A stretch of 32,000 bases of DNA from Ferroglobus placidus DSM 10642 (GTDB lineage: Archaea; Halobacteriota; Archaeoglobi; Archaeoglobales; Archaeoglobaceae). The DNA is taken from the NCBI RefSeq assembly GCF_000025505.1, contig NC_013849.1, positions 1,260,001 through 1,292,000 of the forward strand, read 5' to 3'. A program made the translations under genes and the position numbers. Position 1 is the first letter of the stretch; every line of letters begins with the position of its first letter. The notes under the pieces are model-generated. The model searched no databases, was not told the origin of the DNA, and worked only from the letters and a program-made list of their open reading frames with translations. Positions 8,652 through 17,632 of this stretch are shown here, piece after piece.

Positions 8652-11009
8652 ATGGAGGGCTGGTTACTTGACGCTGATTACATAACCGCTGAGGATGGAA
8701 GAGCCGTTGTAAGGCTGTGGTGTAAGGATTTCGACGGAAACACATTCGTAGTTTACGACAGAAACTTTCAGCCTTACTTTTACGCATTCAAGAATGGTTT
8801 GAGCAAAGAAGACATCGAAAAAATCGTTGTTAAGAGCAGGGAAGGTGTAATAAAGCCTTTTAAAGTTGAGGAAGTCAGGAGGAAGGTTTTCGGAAAGGAA
8901 GTGGAGGTATTCAAGATCTACGCCTATCACCCGCAGCATGTTCCGAAGCTCAGAGAAGAGCTGAAGAAGATCACCGAGGTTAGAGAAGCGGACATTCCCT
9001 TTGCCTATCGATATTTGATAGACAAGGACTTGGCTTGCATGGACGGAATTAGAGTTGAGGGCAAAGTGAGGGAGGAGAGGGGATTAAAAGTAATTGATGC
9101 TGAGCACGTTGAGAGGTTCGAAATTCCGCTGCCGGAGCCAAAGGTTTTGGCTTTTGACTGCGAAATGCTAACGGAACTGGGAATGCCCGATCCGGAGAAA
9201 GACAAAATTATCATTATCGGAGTGAAATGCGGGGATTTCGAGGAAATTATAACCGGAAACGAAAGGGAAATTTTGCTAAGATTCGTTGAAATTATAAAGG
9301 AGCAGGATCCCGACGTAATCGTCGGATACAACCAAGACAACTTCGACTGGCCATACATAAGAAAGAGAGCCGAGAAGCTTTCCGTAAAACTGAACATAGG
9401 GAGGGACGGAAGCGAAATCTCTTTCAGAGGCGGAAGACCGAAGATCGCCGGAAGGCTTAACGTGGATCTTTACGACATAGCGATGAAGCTCGACGTTAAG
9501 GTTAAAACTCTTGAGAACGTTGCCGAATTCCTTGGAAGAAAGGTCGAACTCGCTGACATAGAGGCTAAGGACATATACAAGAGGTGGACCTCTGGCGATA
9601 AAGAGAGCGTCCTAAAGTATTCGAAGCAGGACGTTCTGAACACATACTTCATAGCCGAAGAGCTCTTGCCCATGCACTACGAGCTTTCGAGGATGATCAG
9701 AATTCCGACGGATGACGTTGCAAGAATAGGCAGAGGAAAGCAGGTTGACTGGTTTTTGTTGAGCGAAGCCTACAAAATTGGAGAAATCGCTCCCAACCCG
9801 GCTGAGGTTGAGGAGAGCTACGAGGGGGCGTTCGTTTTAGAGCCATCGAGAGGTTTGCACAAAAATGTGGTCTGTTTGGACTTCGCATCCATGTATCCGA
9901 GCATAATGATCGCCTACAACATAAGTCCCGACACATACGTTTTCGGAAAATGCGACGATTGCTACGTAGCTCCGGAAGTTGGACACAAGTTCAGGAAACA
10001 TCCGGACGGTTTCTTCAAAAGAATTCTGAAGATGCTTATAGAGAAGAGGAGGGAGATAAAAAATCAGATGAAGAGTCTCGATAGAAATTCGAGGGAGTAT
10101 CTGCTTTTAAACATAAAGCAGCAGACTCTGAAGATTCTCACGAACTCCTTCTACGGCTACACCGGCTGGAGCGGGGCAAGATGGTATTGCAGGCAGTGCG
10201 CTGAAGCTACAACAGCTTGGGGAAGACATTTAATAAAATCCGCCGTGGAAATAGCCAAGAAGCTCGGTTTCGAAGTACTTTACGGGGATACTGACAGCAT
10301 ATTCGTTAAGAAAGGTAATCTGAGCCTTGAGAAAATTAGGGGAGAAGTTGAGAAGCTGATTGAAGAAATCTCCGAAAAGTTCCCGGTGCAGATTGAGGTT
10401 GACGAGTACTACAAAACGATATTCTTCGTTGAAAAGAAGAGGTATGCTGGCTTAACCGAAGATGGCATACTTGTTGTGAAAGGATTGGAGGTGAGGAGAG
10501 GGGATTGGTGCGAGCTGGCGAAGGAAGTTCAGAAGAAAGTCATCGAGATAATATTAAAAGAAGAAAATCCGGAAAAAGCTGCGGAATACGTGAGGAAGGT
10601 TATAAACGACATAAAGAGCGGAAAGGTGAAGCTTGAGGACGTGGTGATATACAAGGGTTTGACGAAACGCCCGGACAAGTACGAGAGTAAGCAAGCTCAC
10701 GTTAAAGCTGCTTTAAGGGCTATGGAGCTCGGCATCGTCTATAACGTGGGCTCTAAGGTTGGGTTTGTTGTTGTGGAAGGAGCCGGAAACGTTGGAGACA
10801 GAGCTTATCCAATAGACTTGATAGAGGAGTTCGACGGCGAGAATTTGGTTATAAGAACGAGGAGCGGAAGCATAGTGAAGAAGCTCGATAAAGACTACTA
10901 CATAAACCACCAGATAATCCCTTCAGTGCTGAGAATCCTTGAGAGGTTCGGATACAACGAAGCGAGTTTGAAAGGAGCGACTCAGAAAACCCTCGACGCT
11001 TTCTGGTGA
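8652..11009 (+). CDS. polB: Archaeal family B DNA polymerase
   Basis: Exonuclease motif FDCEM, YNQDNFDWPYI; polymerase motifs DFASMYPSIMIAYN, KILTNSFYGYTG, YGDTDSIFV. No intein seen. Confidence 0.96.
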   Translation: MEGWLLDADYITAEDGRAVVRLWCKDFDGNTFVVYDRNFQPYFYAFKNGLSKEDIEKIVVKSREGVIKPFKVEEVRRKVFGKEVEVFKIYAYHPQHVPKLREELKKITEVREADIPFAYRYLIDKDLACMDGIRVEGKVREERGLKVIDAEHVERFEIPLPEPKVLAFDCEMLTELGMPDPEKDKIIIIGVKCGDFEEIITGNEREILLRFVEIIKEQDPDVIVGYNQDNFDWPYIRKRAEKLSVKLNIGRDGSEISFRGGRPKIAGRLNVDLYDIAMKLDVKVKTLENVAEFLGRKVELADIEAKDIYKRWTSGDKESVLKYSKQDVLNTYFIAEELLPMHYELSRMIRIPTDDVARIGRGKQVDWFLLSEAYKIGEIAPNPAEVEESYEGAFVLEPSRGLHKNVVCLDFASMYPSIMIAYNISPDTYVFGKCDDCYVAPEVGHKFRKHPDGFFKRILKMLIEKRREIKNQMKSLDRNSREYLLLNIKQQTLKILTNSFYGYTGWSGARWYCRQCAEATTAWGRHLIKSAVEIAKKLGFEVLYGDTDSIFVKKGNLSLEKIRGEVEKLIEEISEKFPVQIEVDEYYKTIFFVEKKRYAGLTEDGILVVKGLEVRRGDWCELAKEVQKKVIEIILKEENPEKAAEYVRKVINDIKSGKVKLEDVVIYKGLTKRPDKYESKQAHVKAALRAMELGIVYNVGSKVGFVVVEGAGNVGDRAYPIDLIEEFDGENLVIRTRSGSIVKKLDKDYYINHQIIPSVLRILERFGYNEASLKGATQKTLDAFW

Positions 11010-11013
11010 TATC

Positions 11014-11736
11014 ATGAAGATAGTTTTCTCTCCAAAATTTTACGAGGTTTACTCTTCCGATCCGGCAGCAGCTCCGGGAAGAATGGAGGCTATAGTGAAC
11101 GAGCTTAAAGACTACGAGTTCGTTGAGCCGGAGAGAGCGAGCGAAGAGGATATTTTGCTCGTGCACACGAGAAGGCATTACGAGTGGGTAAAGAGCTTAA
11201 AGCTATTCGAAATAGCCATGCTCGCTGTCAGAGGGGCGATAAAAGCTGCTTTAATCTCCTTCGAAGAGCCGGCTTTCGCGGCAATAAGACCTCCGGGGCA
11301 TCACGCAAGTCCCGACAGCTGCTGGGGATTCTGCTACTTCAACAACGTAGCAATAGCTGTAAGAAAGCTTCAGAGGCTTGGAAAAATAAGGAAGGCTGCC
11401 ATAGTTGACTTCGACCTCCACTTCGGGGACGGAACTGCTAATACCTTCGAAAACGACGAAGACGTGAAGTACTTCCACATGAAGGACGTCGAAAGCATTT
11501 CCGAGTTTTTGGAGAGGGTGGATTTCGACGTAATTGCAGTCTCAGCCGGCTTCGACAGACACAAAGAGGATTGGGGAAATCAGCTCGAAACTGAAGATTA
11601 CACCGAAATAGGGAAGATAATAAAAGAATACGCCGAGGAAAAATGCGAAGGAAGAAGGTTTGCAGTTTTAGAAGGAGGATACAACCACAAAGTTCTCGGG
11701 AAAAACGTTAGAGCTTTTATCAAAGGTTTCGAGTAG
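11014..11736 (+). CDS. Histone deacetylase/acetoin utilisation-like deacetylase
   Basis: RPPGHHASPDSCWGFCYFNNVAIAV, AIVDFDLHFGDGTANTF, AVSAGFDRHKED, VLEGGY: class II HDAC-like active-site motifs. Confidence 0.93.
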   Translation: MKIVFSPKFYEVYSSDPAAAPGRMEAIVNELKDYEFVEPERASEEDILLVHTRRHYEWVKSLKLFEIAMLAVRGAIKAALISFEEPAFAAIRPPGHHASPDSCWGFCYFNNVAIAVRKLQRLGKIRKAAIVDFDLHFGDGTANTFENDEDVKYFHMKDVESISEFLERVDFDVIAVSAGFDRHKEDWGNQLETEDYTEIGKIIKEYAEEKCEGRRFAVLEGGYNHKVLGKNVRAFIKGFE

Positions 11737-13342
11737 TGTAGAAGTCTCTGTACTTTTCCTTCAAAAACCTCTTGTTGAACTTTCCCACGCTTGTTTTCGG
11801 TATTTCGCTGACGAAGAGTATTTCGTCTGGCAGCTGCCATTTTGCGAATCTCTTCTTTAAATGCTCGTATAGTTCTTCTTTGCTTACTTTTCCTTTATAT
11901 TCCTCTTTCAGGACTACGAAAGCTAATGGTCTTTCTTCCCATTTCGGATGGGGAACTCCTACAACGCAAGCCTCTAAAACTGCCGGGTGCGCCATTAGGT
12001 AATTCTCCAAGTCAACGCTGCTTATCCACTCCCCTCCGCTCTTTATCAAATCCTTAAACCTGTCAACTATCTTCACGTAGCCGTTCTCGTCGATAGTTGC
12101 TGCATCACCGCTCTTCCACCAGCCGTTTTCGAAAGCATCCTTCGACCTCTCGTCTTTGTAGTAGCTCTTAGCCACCCAGTGACCTCTCATGTAGAGCTCT
12201 CCAACGCTACTTCCGTCCCACGGCAACTCGATTCCGTTCTTCATCAACTTAACTTCAACGCCGAACATCGGCAACCCTTGCTTTCTCTTCAACTCCCACA
12301 GCTCCTCCTCTTCCAACTCTTCCTCGACTTCCGGAATTACGTGGTTGACACAAACAACTGGAGTCGTCTCCGTTGCTCCGTAGGTGTGTATAACTTCTAT
12401 TCCCCTCTCCTTCATCCCCTTTAGCAGTGAAAGAGGAGGTGCGCTCGCTCCCGTGAAAATTCTTAAGTTTGGAAGAGAAATGTTCTCTTTCTGTAAATAG
12501 TTGAGCATCGGAATTAAAACGGAGGGAGCTGCGGCTGTTACAGTTACGCCTTCCTCTCTTATTAGATCAACGACTTCTCCTATTTTCTCAATCGAGTACC
12601 TTCCGGGAAAAACGAGCTTAGCTCCGGTGAGTGTGGCTGAGAAGAAAATCCCCCAGCCGTTCGCATGAAACATGGGGACGAGCTGCAAATACGTATCCCT
12701 GTGGCTCAAGGAGAAGTTTATGGCTACTGCGAGAGTGTGTAAGAACACGGCTCTGTGGGAGTAGTAAACTCCTTTCGGCTTTCCAGTAGTTCCGGAAGTG
12801 TAACAGGAGATGCAGGCTGACCTTTCATCGATGACGGGAAACTCGTAGTTTTTGTCTCCAAGTTTGAGGAGCTCTTCGTATGTGTAATCGAAATCCTCGC
12901 AACCAATCCCCACGAATTTCGCTTTAACCTTTGGGGCAATTTTTTCAGCTATTTCCTTAGCCTGAGAATCGACGAAGATCAGCTTGGCTTCGCTGTGGTT
13001 GGCAACGTAGCTTATTTCCTCGGGGTGAAGCCTTAAGTTGAGTTCGAGGAGAACGGCTCCGATGGAAGGAACTGCGAAAAACAGCTCGTAGAATTCGAGG
13101 GTGTTCCAGCTCAAAACTCCTATTCTATCCTTGGCGGAAAATCCAAGGCTTTCCAATGCGTTTGCCAACCTCTTTACGTCCTCGTAAACGTCCCTGTAAG
13201 TTGTAACTTTCTTCTCCTCTCCCCTCTTTGAAACCACTCTTCTTTTCCCGAATCTTAGGGCTGCGTGCTTTAAAATGCTAATAAGATTGAGCTGATAATC
13301 ATCGTTCATCGTAGAATCGAGCCCTCTAATAAATCTCATCAT
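11720..13342 (-). CDS. AMP-forming acyl-CoA synthetase (long/medium-chain fatty acid ligase type)
   Basis: SCYTSGTTGKPKGVYYSH AMP-binding motif, THGATETTP-like (TYGATETTPV), GWWKSGDAATIDENGYVKIVDRFKDLIKSGGEW. Start may be 13309. Confidence 0.92.
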   Translation of the reverse strand: MMRFIRGLDSTMNDDYQLNLISILKHAALRFGKRRVVSKRGEEKKVTTYRDVYEDVKRLANALESLGFSAKDRIGVLSWNTLEFYELFFAVPSIGAVLLELNLRLHPEEISYVANHSEAKLIFVDSQAKEIAEKIAPKVKAKFVGIGCEDFDYTYEELLKLGDKNYEFPVIDERSACISCYTSGTTGKPKGVYYSHRAVFLHTLAVAINFSLSHRDTYLQLVPMFHANGWGIFFSATLTGAKLVFPGRYSIEKIGEVVDLIREEGVTVTAAAPSVLIPMLNYLQKENISLPNLRIFTGASAPPLSLLKGMKERGIEVIHTYGATETTPVVCVNHVIPEVEEELEEEELWELKRKQGLPMFGVEVKLMKNGIELPWDGSSVGELYMRGHWVAKSYYKDERSKDAFENGWWKSGDAATIDENGYVKIVDRFKDLIKSGGEWISSVDLENYLMAHPAVLEACVVGVPHPKWEERPLAFVVLKEEYKGKVSKEELYEHLKKRFAKWQLPDEILFVSEIPKTSVGKFNKRFLKEKYRDFYTTRNL

Positions 13343-13382
13343 TAAAAACAGAAAGAAATTTGCTTTATTAAAAGTTTCGAAA

Positions 13383-13586
13383 TTAGGAAGTCATGACCTT
13401 AACGAATCCGTAACCGGCGAAAACTGCGGCAATCAATCCTGCGACTATGTAAACTATTCCTTCGGTTGGCGGAATCGCGTTCGAGCTGATAACCCAAGCC
13501 CACAGAGCTGCGTTTTGAATGGATGCAAGCATCAATCCGGCGAAGATGAGCATTAAGAAGTACCTTTTTATTTTCTCGAAATCCAT
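13383..13586 (-). CDS. Small membrane protein (67 aa, two predicted TM helices)
   Basis: ORF with two hydrophobic segments (YFLMLIFAGLMLASIQNAALWAWV; GIVYIVAGLIAAVFAGYGFV). Confidence 0.55.
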   Translation of the reverse strand: MDFEKIKRYFLMLIFAGLMLASIQNAALWAWVISSNAIPPTEGIVYIVAGLIAAVFAGYGFVKVMTS

Positions 13587-13629
13587 AATTACGCTTGAAG
13601 GTGGGAGTAAATAAATTTTACTGAAACAA

Positions 13630-13640
13630 CCCTTATATGC
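13630..13640 (+). promoter_or_regulatory. Candidate TATA box for the second C/D box sRNA
   Basis: cccttatatgc lies about 26 nt upstream of the inferred sRNA 5' end. Confidence 0.5.
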
Positions 13641-13660
13641 AGAAGTTTTACCCCTTTAAA

Positions 13661-13714
13661 CGGATGATGAAGCCCACGGGTTCTGAGAAGTGATGAGCAT
13701 GCCCTTCGCTGACA
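13661..13714 (+). ncRNA. Archaeal C/D box guide sRNA (2'-O-methylation guide)
   Basis: C box ATGATGA 13664-13670; 12-nt guide AGCCCACGGGTT; D' CTGA 13683-13686; spacer GAA; C' GTGATGA 13690-13696; 12-nt guide GCATGCCCTTCG; D CTGA 13709-13712. Confidence 0.92.
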
Positions 13715-13751
13715 CTTAAAACATAAATTTGTTTAAGCTCTAAATACTTAC

Positions 13752-14159
13752 ATGCCCCGGTTCTTCTCAGATGAGTGGGTTGAGGAGTACATGAAGCTGC
13801 TGAACGAGAGTAAGGAGTATGAGGAAGCTGTGAAGGACTGGGAAGGTGACTTTTTGTTCGTCGTGGAGCCGGATGAGGATTTAAAAGAACCTCTATACGT
13901 TTACCTCGACCTTTACCACGGAAAAGCACGAAAGGGGTTTGCTGTAAAAGATCCTTCAGAAATTTCCGCAGCTTTTGAATTCAGGGGAAAGTATTCCAAC
14001 TGGAAGAAGCTTATCGCTGGAGAGATAGACCCGATAAAGGGGATGGTAACGGGAAAGTTCAAGTTAAAGGGTAGCATGGCTAAGGTTATGAGGTACGCGA
14101 GGGCGGCAAAAATTCTTGTTGAAATTGCTCAAAAAGTTGAGACGGAGTTTCCGGGGTAA
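13752..14159 (+). CDS. SCP2 sterol-binding-like domain protein
   Basis: 135 aa. 'PLYVYLDLYHGKARKGFAV...GEIDPIKGMVTGKFKLKGSMAKVMRYARAAKILVEIA' fits the SCP2 lipid-binding fold pattern. Confidence 0.7.
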   Translation: MPRFFSDEWVEEYMKLLNESKEYEEAVKDWEGDFLFVVEPDEDLKEPLYVYLDLYHGKARKGFAVKDPSEISAAFEFRGKYSNWKKLIAGEIDPIKGMVTGKFKLKGSMAKVMRYARAAKILVEIAQKVETEFPG

Positions 14160-15265
14160 TGAAAATGTGGAACTTCAATTCTCCAAAGATATCCTACGGA
14201 AGAGATTCGCTTGAAGCCCTCGAGAACTTCTCTGGAAAGAGAGCCTTAATAATTACAGACGAAATTCTTTCATCGCTTGGATATGATGAACTCGTCTTGA
14301 AAAAATTTGAAAGAAGCGAGGAGATACTCGTTAAGCCAAAGGAGCCGTCCAAGGAGGAAGCTGTAGAGTTGAGTGAGAAGATTAGAGAAGAGGAGCCAGA
14401 GGTCCTCGTGGCTTTGGGAGGAGGAAGTGTAATAGACCTCGTTAAAGCTGCGAGAATTATATCTGAAGTTGACATCGAGCCAGAAGAGATAACCCCTTTT
14501 ACGAATTTGGAGGAGCTCGGATTTAAGGGGAGAAACTACTTTGTTGCGATTCCAACAACGAGCGGAACCGGAAGCGAAGTAACTTGGGCAATCGTTCTTA
14601 GGGATGAAAGGGAGAAGAGGAAGATAATAATGGCGAACGAAAAAGCAATTCCGGATTTGGCAATCGTTGATCCTATTTTCGTCGAGAAGCTTCCGAAAAA
14701 ACTTGTAGTATCCACAGGATTTGATGCTCTATCTCATGCCATCGAAGCATTTCTATCCACCTTCAGCAACCCTTTTAGCGACGCTCTTTCATTAAAAGCC
14801 GTTGAAATCATCTTTAAAAACTTCGAAAGGTCCTACGAAGGAGACTTAGAGGCGAGGGAAGAAATGCACGTTTCAGCAACAATAGCCGGCTTAGCTTTCA
14901 GTAACTCTCAGGTAGGTTTGGTTCACGCCTTAGCCCATGCTTTCGGAGCAATCTTCGATGTCCCTCACGGAGAAGCTATAGCAGCTTTCCTTCATCCGGT
15001 TCTCGAATTTTACAAAAAGAAAGGAGTTGAGAAAATAAACGAGATGTCAAAATACGTGGGCTTCGACATTCTCAAGGAGGTAAAAAGACTTTCGGTAAGG
15101 TTTGGCGTGAAGAAAATTTTCGAGTTAGATTTCGAAGGTAAAATAAATGAGATAGTTAAAAAAACGATGGAGGATAGCTGCATAGTCACGGCACCATTTG
15201 TCCCCGGGGAAGAGGATTTGAAAGGTCTTCTGGGGGAGATAGCATGTATGCGGGAAAAATCTTGA
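14159..15265 (+). CDS. Iron-containing alcohol dehydrogenase
   Basis: LVALGGGSVIDLVKAA, IPTTSGTGSEVTW, GFDALSHAIEAF, HALAHAFGAIFDVPHGEA: Fe-ADH signatures. Confidence 0.93.
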   Translation: MKMWNFNSPKISYGRDSLEALENFSGKRALIITDEILSSLGYDELVLKKFERSEEILVKPKEPSKEEAVELSEKIREEEPEVLVALGGGSVIDLVKAARIISEVDIEPEEITPFTNLEELGFKGRNYFVAIPTTSGTGSEVTWAIVLRDEREKRKIIMANEKAIPDLAIVDPIFVEKLPKKLVVSTGFDALSHAIEAFLSTFSNPFSDALSLKAVEIIFKNFERSYEGDLEAREEMHVSATIAGLAFSNSQVGLVHALAHAFGAIFDVPHGEAIAAFLHPVLEFYKKKGVEKINEMSKYVGFDILKEVKRLSVRFGVKKIFELDFEGKINEIVKKTMEDSCIVTAPFVPGEEDLKGLLGEIACMREKS

Positions 15266-16965
15266 GGGTGAATTTGGAAAGTAGGGAAGTGAAGGTTTTT
15301 GAACCGGAAAAAAGTCTCTACGAAGAATTCGTCGGTGGAGGAGGAGTTGCTGTAAATTTGCATTTAAAGATGGAGAGCTACAAAGCCGAGCCTTTCAGCA
15401 AAGAGAACCCTTTGATAATCATGACCGGTCCTTTGACGGCTTCAGCTTTCTCGTGCTCAAGAGCCCAGTTCACAGCGAGATCTCCCTTAACTTACGCTTG
15501 GGGAGAAAGCAGTTCCGGAGGAAAATTCGCCACGTATTTGAAAAGAGCCGGGTGGGACGGATTGATTGTGGAAGGGAAGAGCGACAAGCCAGTCTACGTT
15601 TACGTAGACTCCTCGGGAGCTGAGGTAAAAGACGCCTCTTTCCTCTGGGGGAAGACGACTTACGAAACTCAGGAAGAAATAAAAAAAGATGAGGGAGACG
15701 TTAGCGTTGCAGCGATAGGACCTGCTGGAGAAAATCTCGTCAGATACGCTTGCATTCTGGTGGACAACTCAAGAGCTGCGGGAAGAACTGGAATGGGGGC
15801 TGTTATGGGAAGTAAAAATCTGAAAGCTATAGCTATTGCAAAGGAAGAAAAGTTCACGCCAGAGCCGAAGAACATAGAAGAATATAGAAAGGCTATGAAC
15901 GACCTTTTAACGAGATTTAAAGAGAGCTTTATGGGGAAAATGCTAAGAGAAGTTGGAACCGGAGGTTACGTTGAATCTGCAGAGATGTTCGGAGATTTAC
16001 CAGTTAGATATTTCACGAGGGGAGTTTTCGGGAAAGCGGATAAGATTTCGAGCAACTACATTGTCGAGAGGTACTTCGAAAAGCACGACGGATGCTTGGG
16101 ATGTCCGATAAAGTGCGGGAAGGTTTTAAACTACAAAGGAGAAAAGTATCACCTTCCGGAATACGAAACTCTCGCATCCTACGGATCTCTCTTGATGATA
16201 GATTCGGCTGAAGTTCTTATAGAGATGAACCACTTGGCAAACTCGCTCGGAATGGACACGATATCTTCCGGAGTTACGATAGGAATGGCTATGTATCTCA
16301 CCGAGGAGGGAATAAAGGACTTCGGAATCAAATTTGGAGAGGCTGAAAAGGCTAAGCAGCTTTTAGAGGACATCGCTTACAGGAGAGGGATAGGAGATTT
16401 GCTTGCGGAGGGAACGATGAGAATTGAAGAGAAGCTCGGTTTAGAGGGAATAGCTGCTCACGTTAGAGGGTTGGAAATTCCGATGCACGATCCGAGAGCT
16501 TTTTCGAGCTTAGCAGTGGCTTACGCGACGAACAACAGAGGAGCTTGCCACCTCCCCCACCAGATGTACAATGTGGAGATGGGGATGAAGATTAAGGAGT
16601 ACGGAATAGTCAGCGAGGACAGATTCGAAAACAAAGGAAAGGGGATAATAACGGCTAAGATGCAGAATTATGCTGAGATTTTCAACTCCCTCGTGATGTG
16701 CGTCTTCGTTCCGGCTAAGCCTAAGCAGATATCAGCTCTGCTTTCCTCAGCCACCGGATTGGACTATTCCGTGGAAAGAATATACGAAATCGGGGAGAGG
16801 ACTTTCTTGAAGAAGAGGGAGTTCAACGAACTGGCTGGGAGGGGAAAGGAGTACGACAAACTACCAAAAATAATACTTCAGCCGGTTGAAGGAGGAAGCG
16901 AAGGAAACGTGCCGGACATAGAGCTTCAGCTTAAGGAATACTACGAGTTCAGGGGTTGGAACTAA
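15244..16965 (+). CDS. Tungsten-dependent aldehyde:ferredoxin oxidoreductase family protein
   Basis: MYAGKILRVNLESREVKVFEPEKSLYEEFVGGGGVAV; PLTASAFSCSRAQFTARSPLT; GCLGCPIKCGK (4Fe-4S); NNRGACHLPHQ. Confidence 0.93.
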   Translation: MYAGKILRVNLESREVKVFEPEKSLYEEFVGGGGVAVNLHLKMESYKAEPFSKENPLIIMTGPLTASAFSCSRAQFTARSPLTYAWGESSSGGKFATYLKRAGWDGLIVEGKSDKPVYVYVDSSGAEVKDASFLWGKTTYETQEEIKKDEGDVSVAAIGPAGENLVRYACILVDNSRAAGRTGMGAVMGSKNLKAIAIAKEEKFTPEPKNIEEYRKAMNDLLTRFKESFMGKMLREVGTGGYVESAEMFGDLPVRYFTRGVFGKADKISSNYIVERYFEKHDGCLGCPIKCGKVLNYKGEKYHLPEYETLASYGSLLMIDSAEVLIEMNHLANSLGMDTISSGVTIGMAMYLTEEGIKDFGIKFGEAEKAKQLLEDIAYRRGIGDLLAEGTMRIEEKLGLEGIAAHVRGLEIPMHDPRAFSSLAVAYATNNRGACHLPHQMYNVEMGMKIKEYGIVSEDRFENKGKGIITAKMQNYAEIFNSLVMCVFVPAKPKQISALLSSATGLDYSVERIYEIGERTFLKKREFNELAGRGKEYDKLPKIILQPVEGGSEGNVPDIELQLKEYYEFRGWN

Positions 16966-16969
16966 AAAA

Positions 16970-17632
16970 TTATAAAATAAATCTCGCGTCAGCCACGAAA
17001 ACTCCTTCGGGCAGGGAAAAGGTCGGATTTAAATCTATTTCTTTTATTTCCGGATTTTCCTCCACGAGCCTCGACAGATTTACGAGAAGCTCAGCGATCT
17101 TTTCAATATCCCTCGGCTTCTCGTCTCTGTATCCTAAGAGAATTCTGTAAACCTTCGTTTCTCTTATCATTCTCAGGGCTTCTTCCCTATCTATCGGAGT
17201 TACTCTGTAGGAGACGTCTTTGTAAATTTCCACGAACTTTCCTCCGGTTCCGAAAGCAACAACTCCGCCAAACTGCTCGTCCTGAAAAGCTCCTACGAAA
17301 AGCTCTATTCCCTTCACCATCGGAGAAATTAGCACTCCGTACTCCGACATCTGGGAAAGTTTTCTGAAGGAATCTATCAGCTCCTCTTTACTTCTTATGT
17401 CCAAAACAACTCCTCCTTTCTCTGTTTTGTGCTCTCCTTTAGCCGTGATAATTTTCATAACCAATGGATATCCGAACTCCTCCGCCGCTTTCACAGCCTC
17501 ATCTTCGCTCTTTGCAACTTTGTATTTAAGAACGGGAATGTTGTAGTCCTCGAGAACTTTCCTGCATTCCGGCTCGGTGGGATACCTATTTTCTTTCAAA
17601 GCCTTTTTTATTACCTCATGCATTCGTACCAC
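16970..17632 (-). CDS. ADP-forming acyl-CoA/acetyl-CoA synthetase, beta (ATP-grasp) subunit
   Basis: YPTEPECRKVLEDYNIPVLKYKVA..., YPLVMKIITAKGEHKTEKGGVVLDI, GVLISPMVKGIELFVGAFQDEQFG. Confidence 0.9.
   Translation of the reverse strand: MVRMHEVIKKALKENRYPTEPECRKVLEDYNIPVLKYKVAKSEDEAVKAAEEFGYPLVMKIITAKGEHKTEKGGVVLDIRSKEELIDSFRKLSQMSEYGVLISPMVKGIELFVGAFQDEQFGGVVAFGTGGKFVEIYKDVSYRVTPIDREEALRMIRETKVYRILLGYRDEKPRDIEKIAELLVNLSRLVEENPEIKEIDLNPTFSLPEGVFVADARFIL

Noticed and set aside
8652-11009. Intein or split in DNA polymerase B
   Set aside because: The polymerase motifs are contiguous and spacing is normal; no intein splice junction motifs.
17611-17632. Overlap between ADP-forming acyl-CoA synthetase alpha and beta ORFs as an unusual fusion/frameshift
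   Set aside because: Separate alpha and beta subunits are common in archaea; the overlap is mostly explained by choosing the internal Met start of the beta gene.
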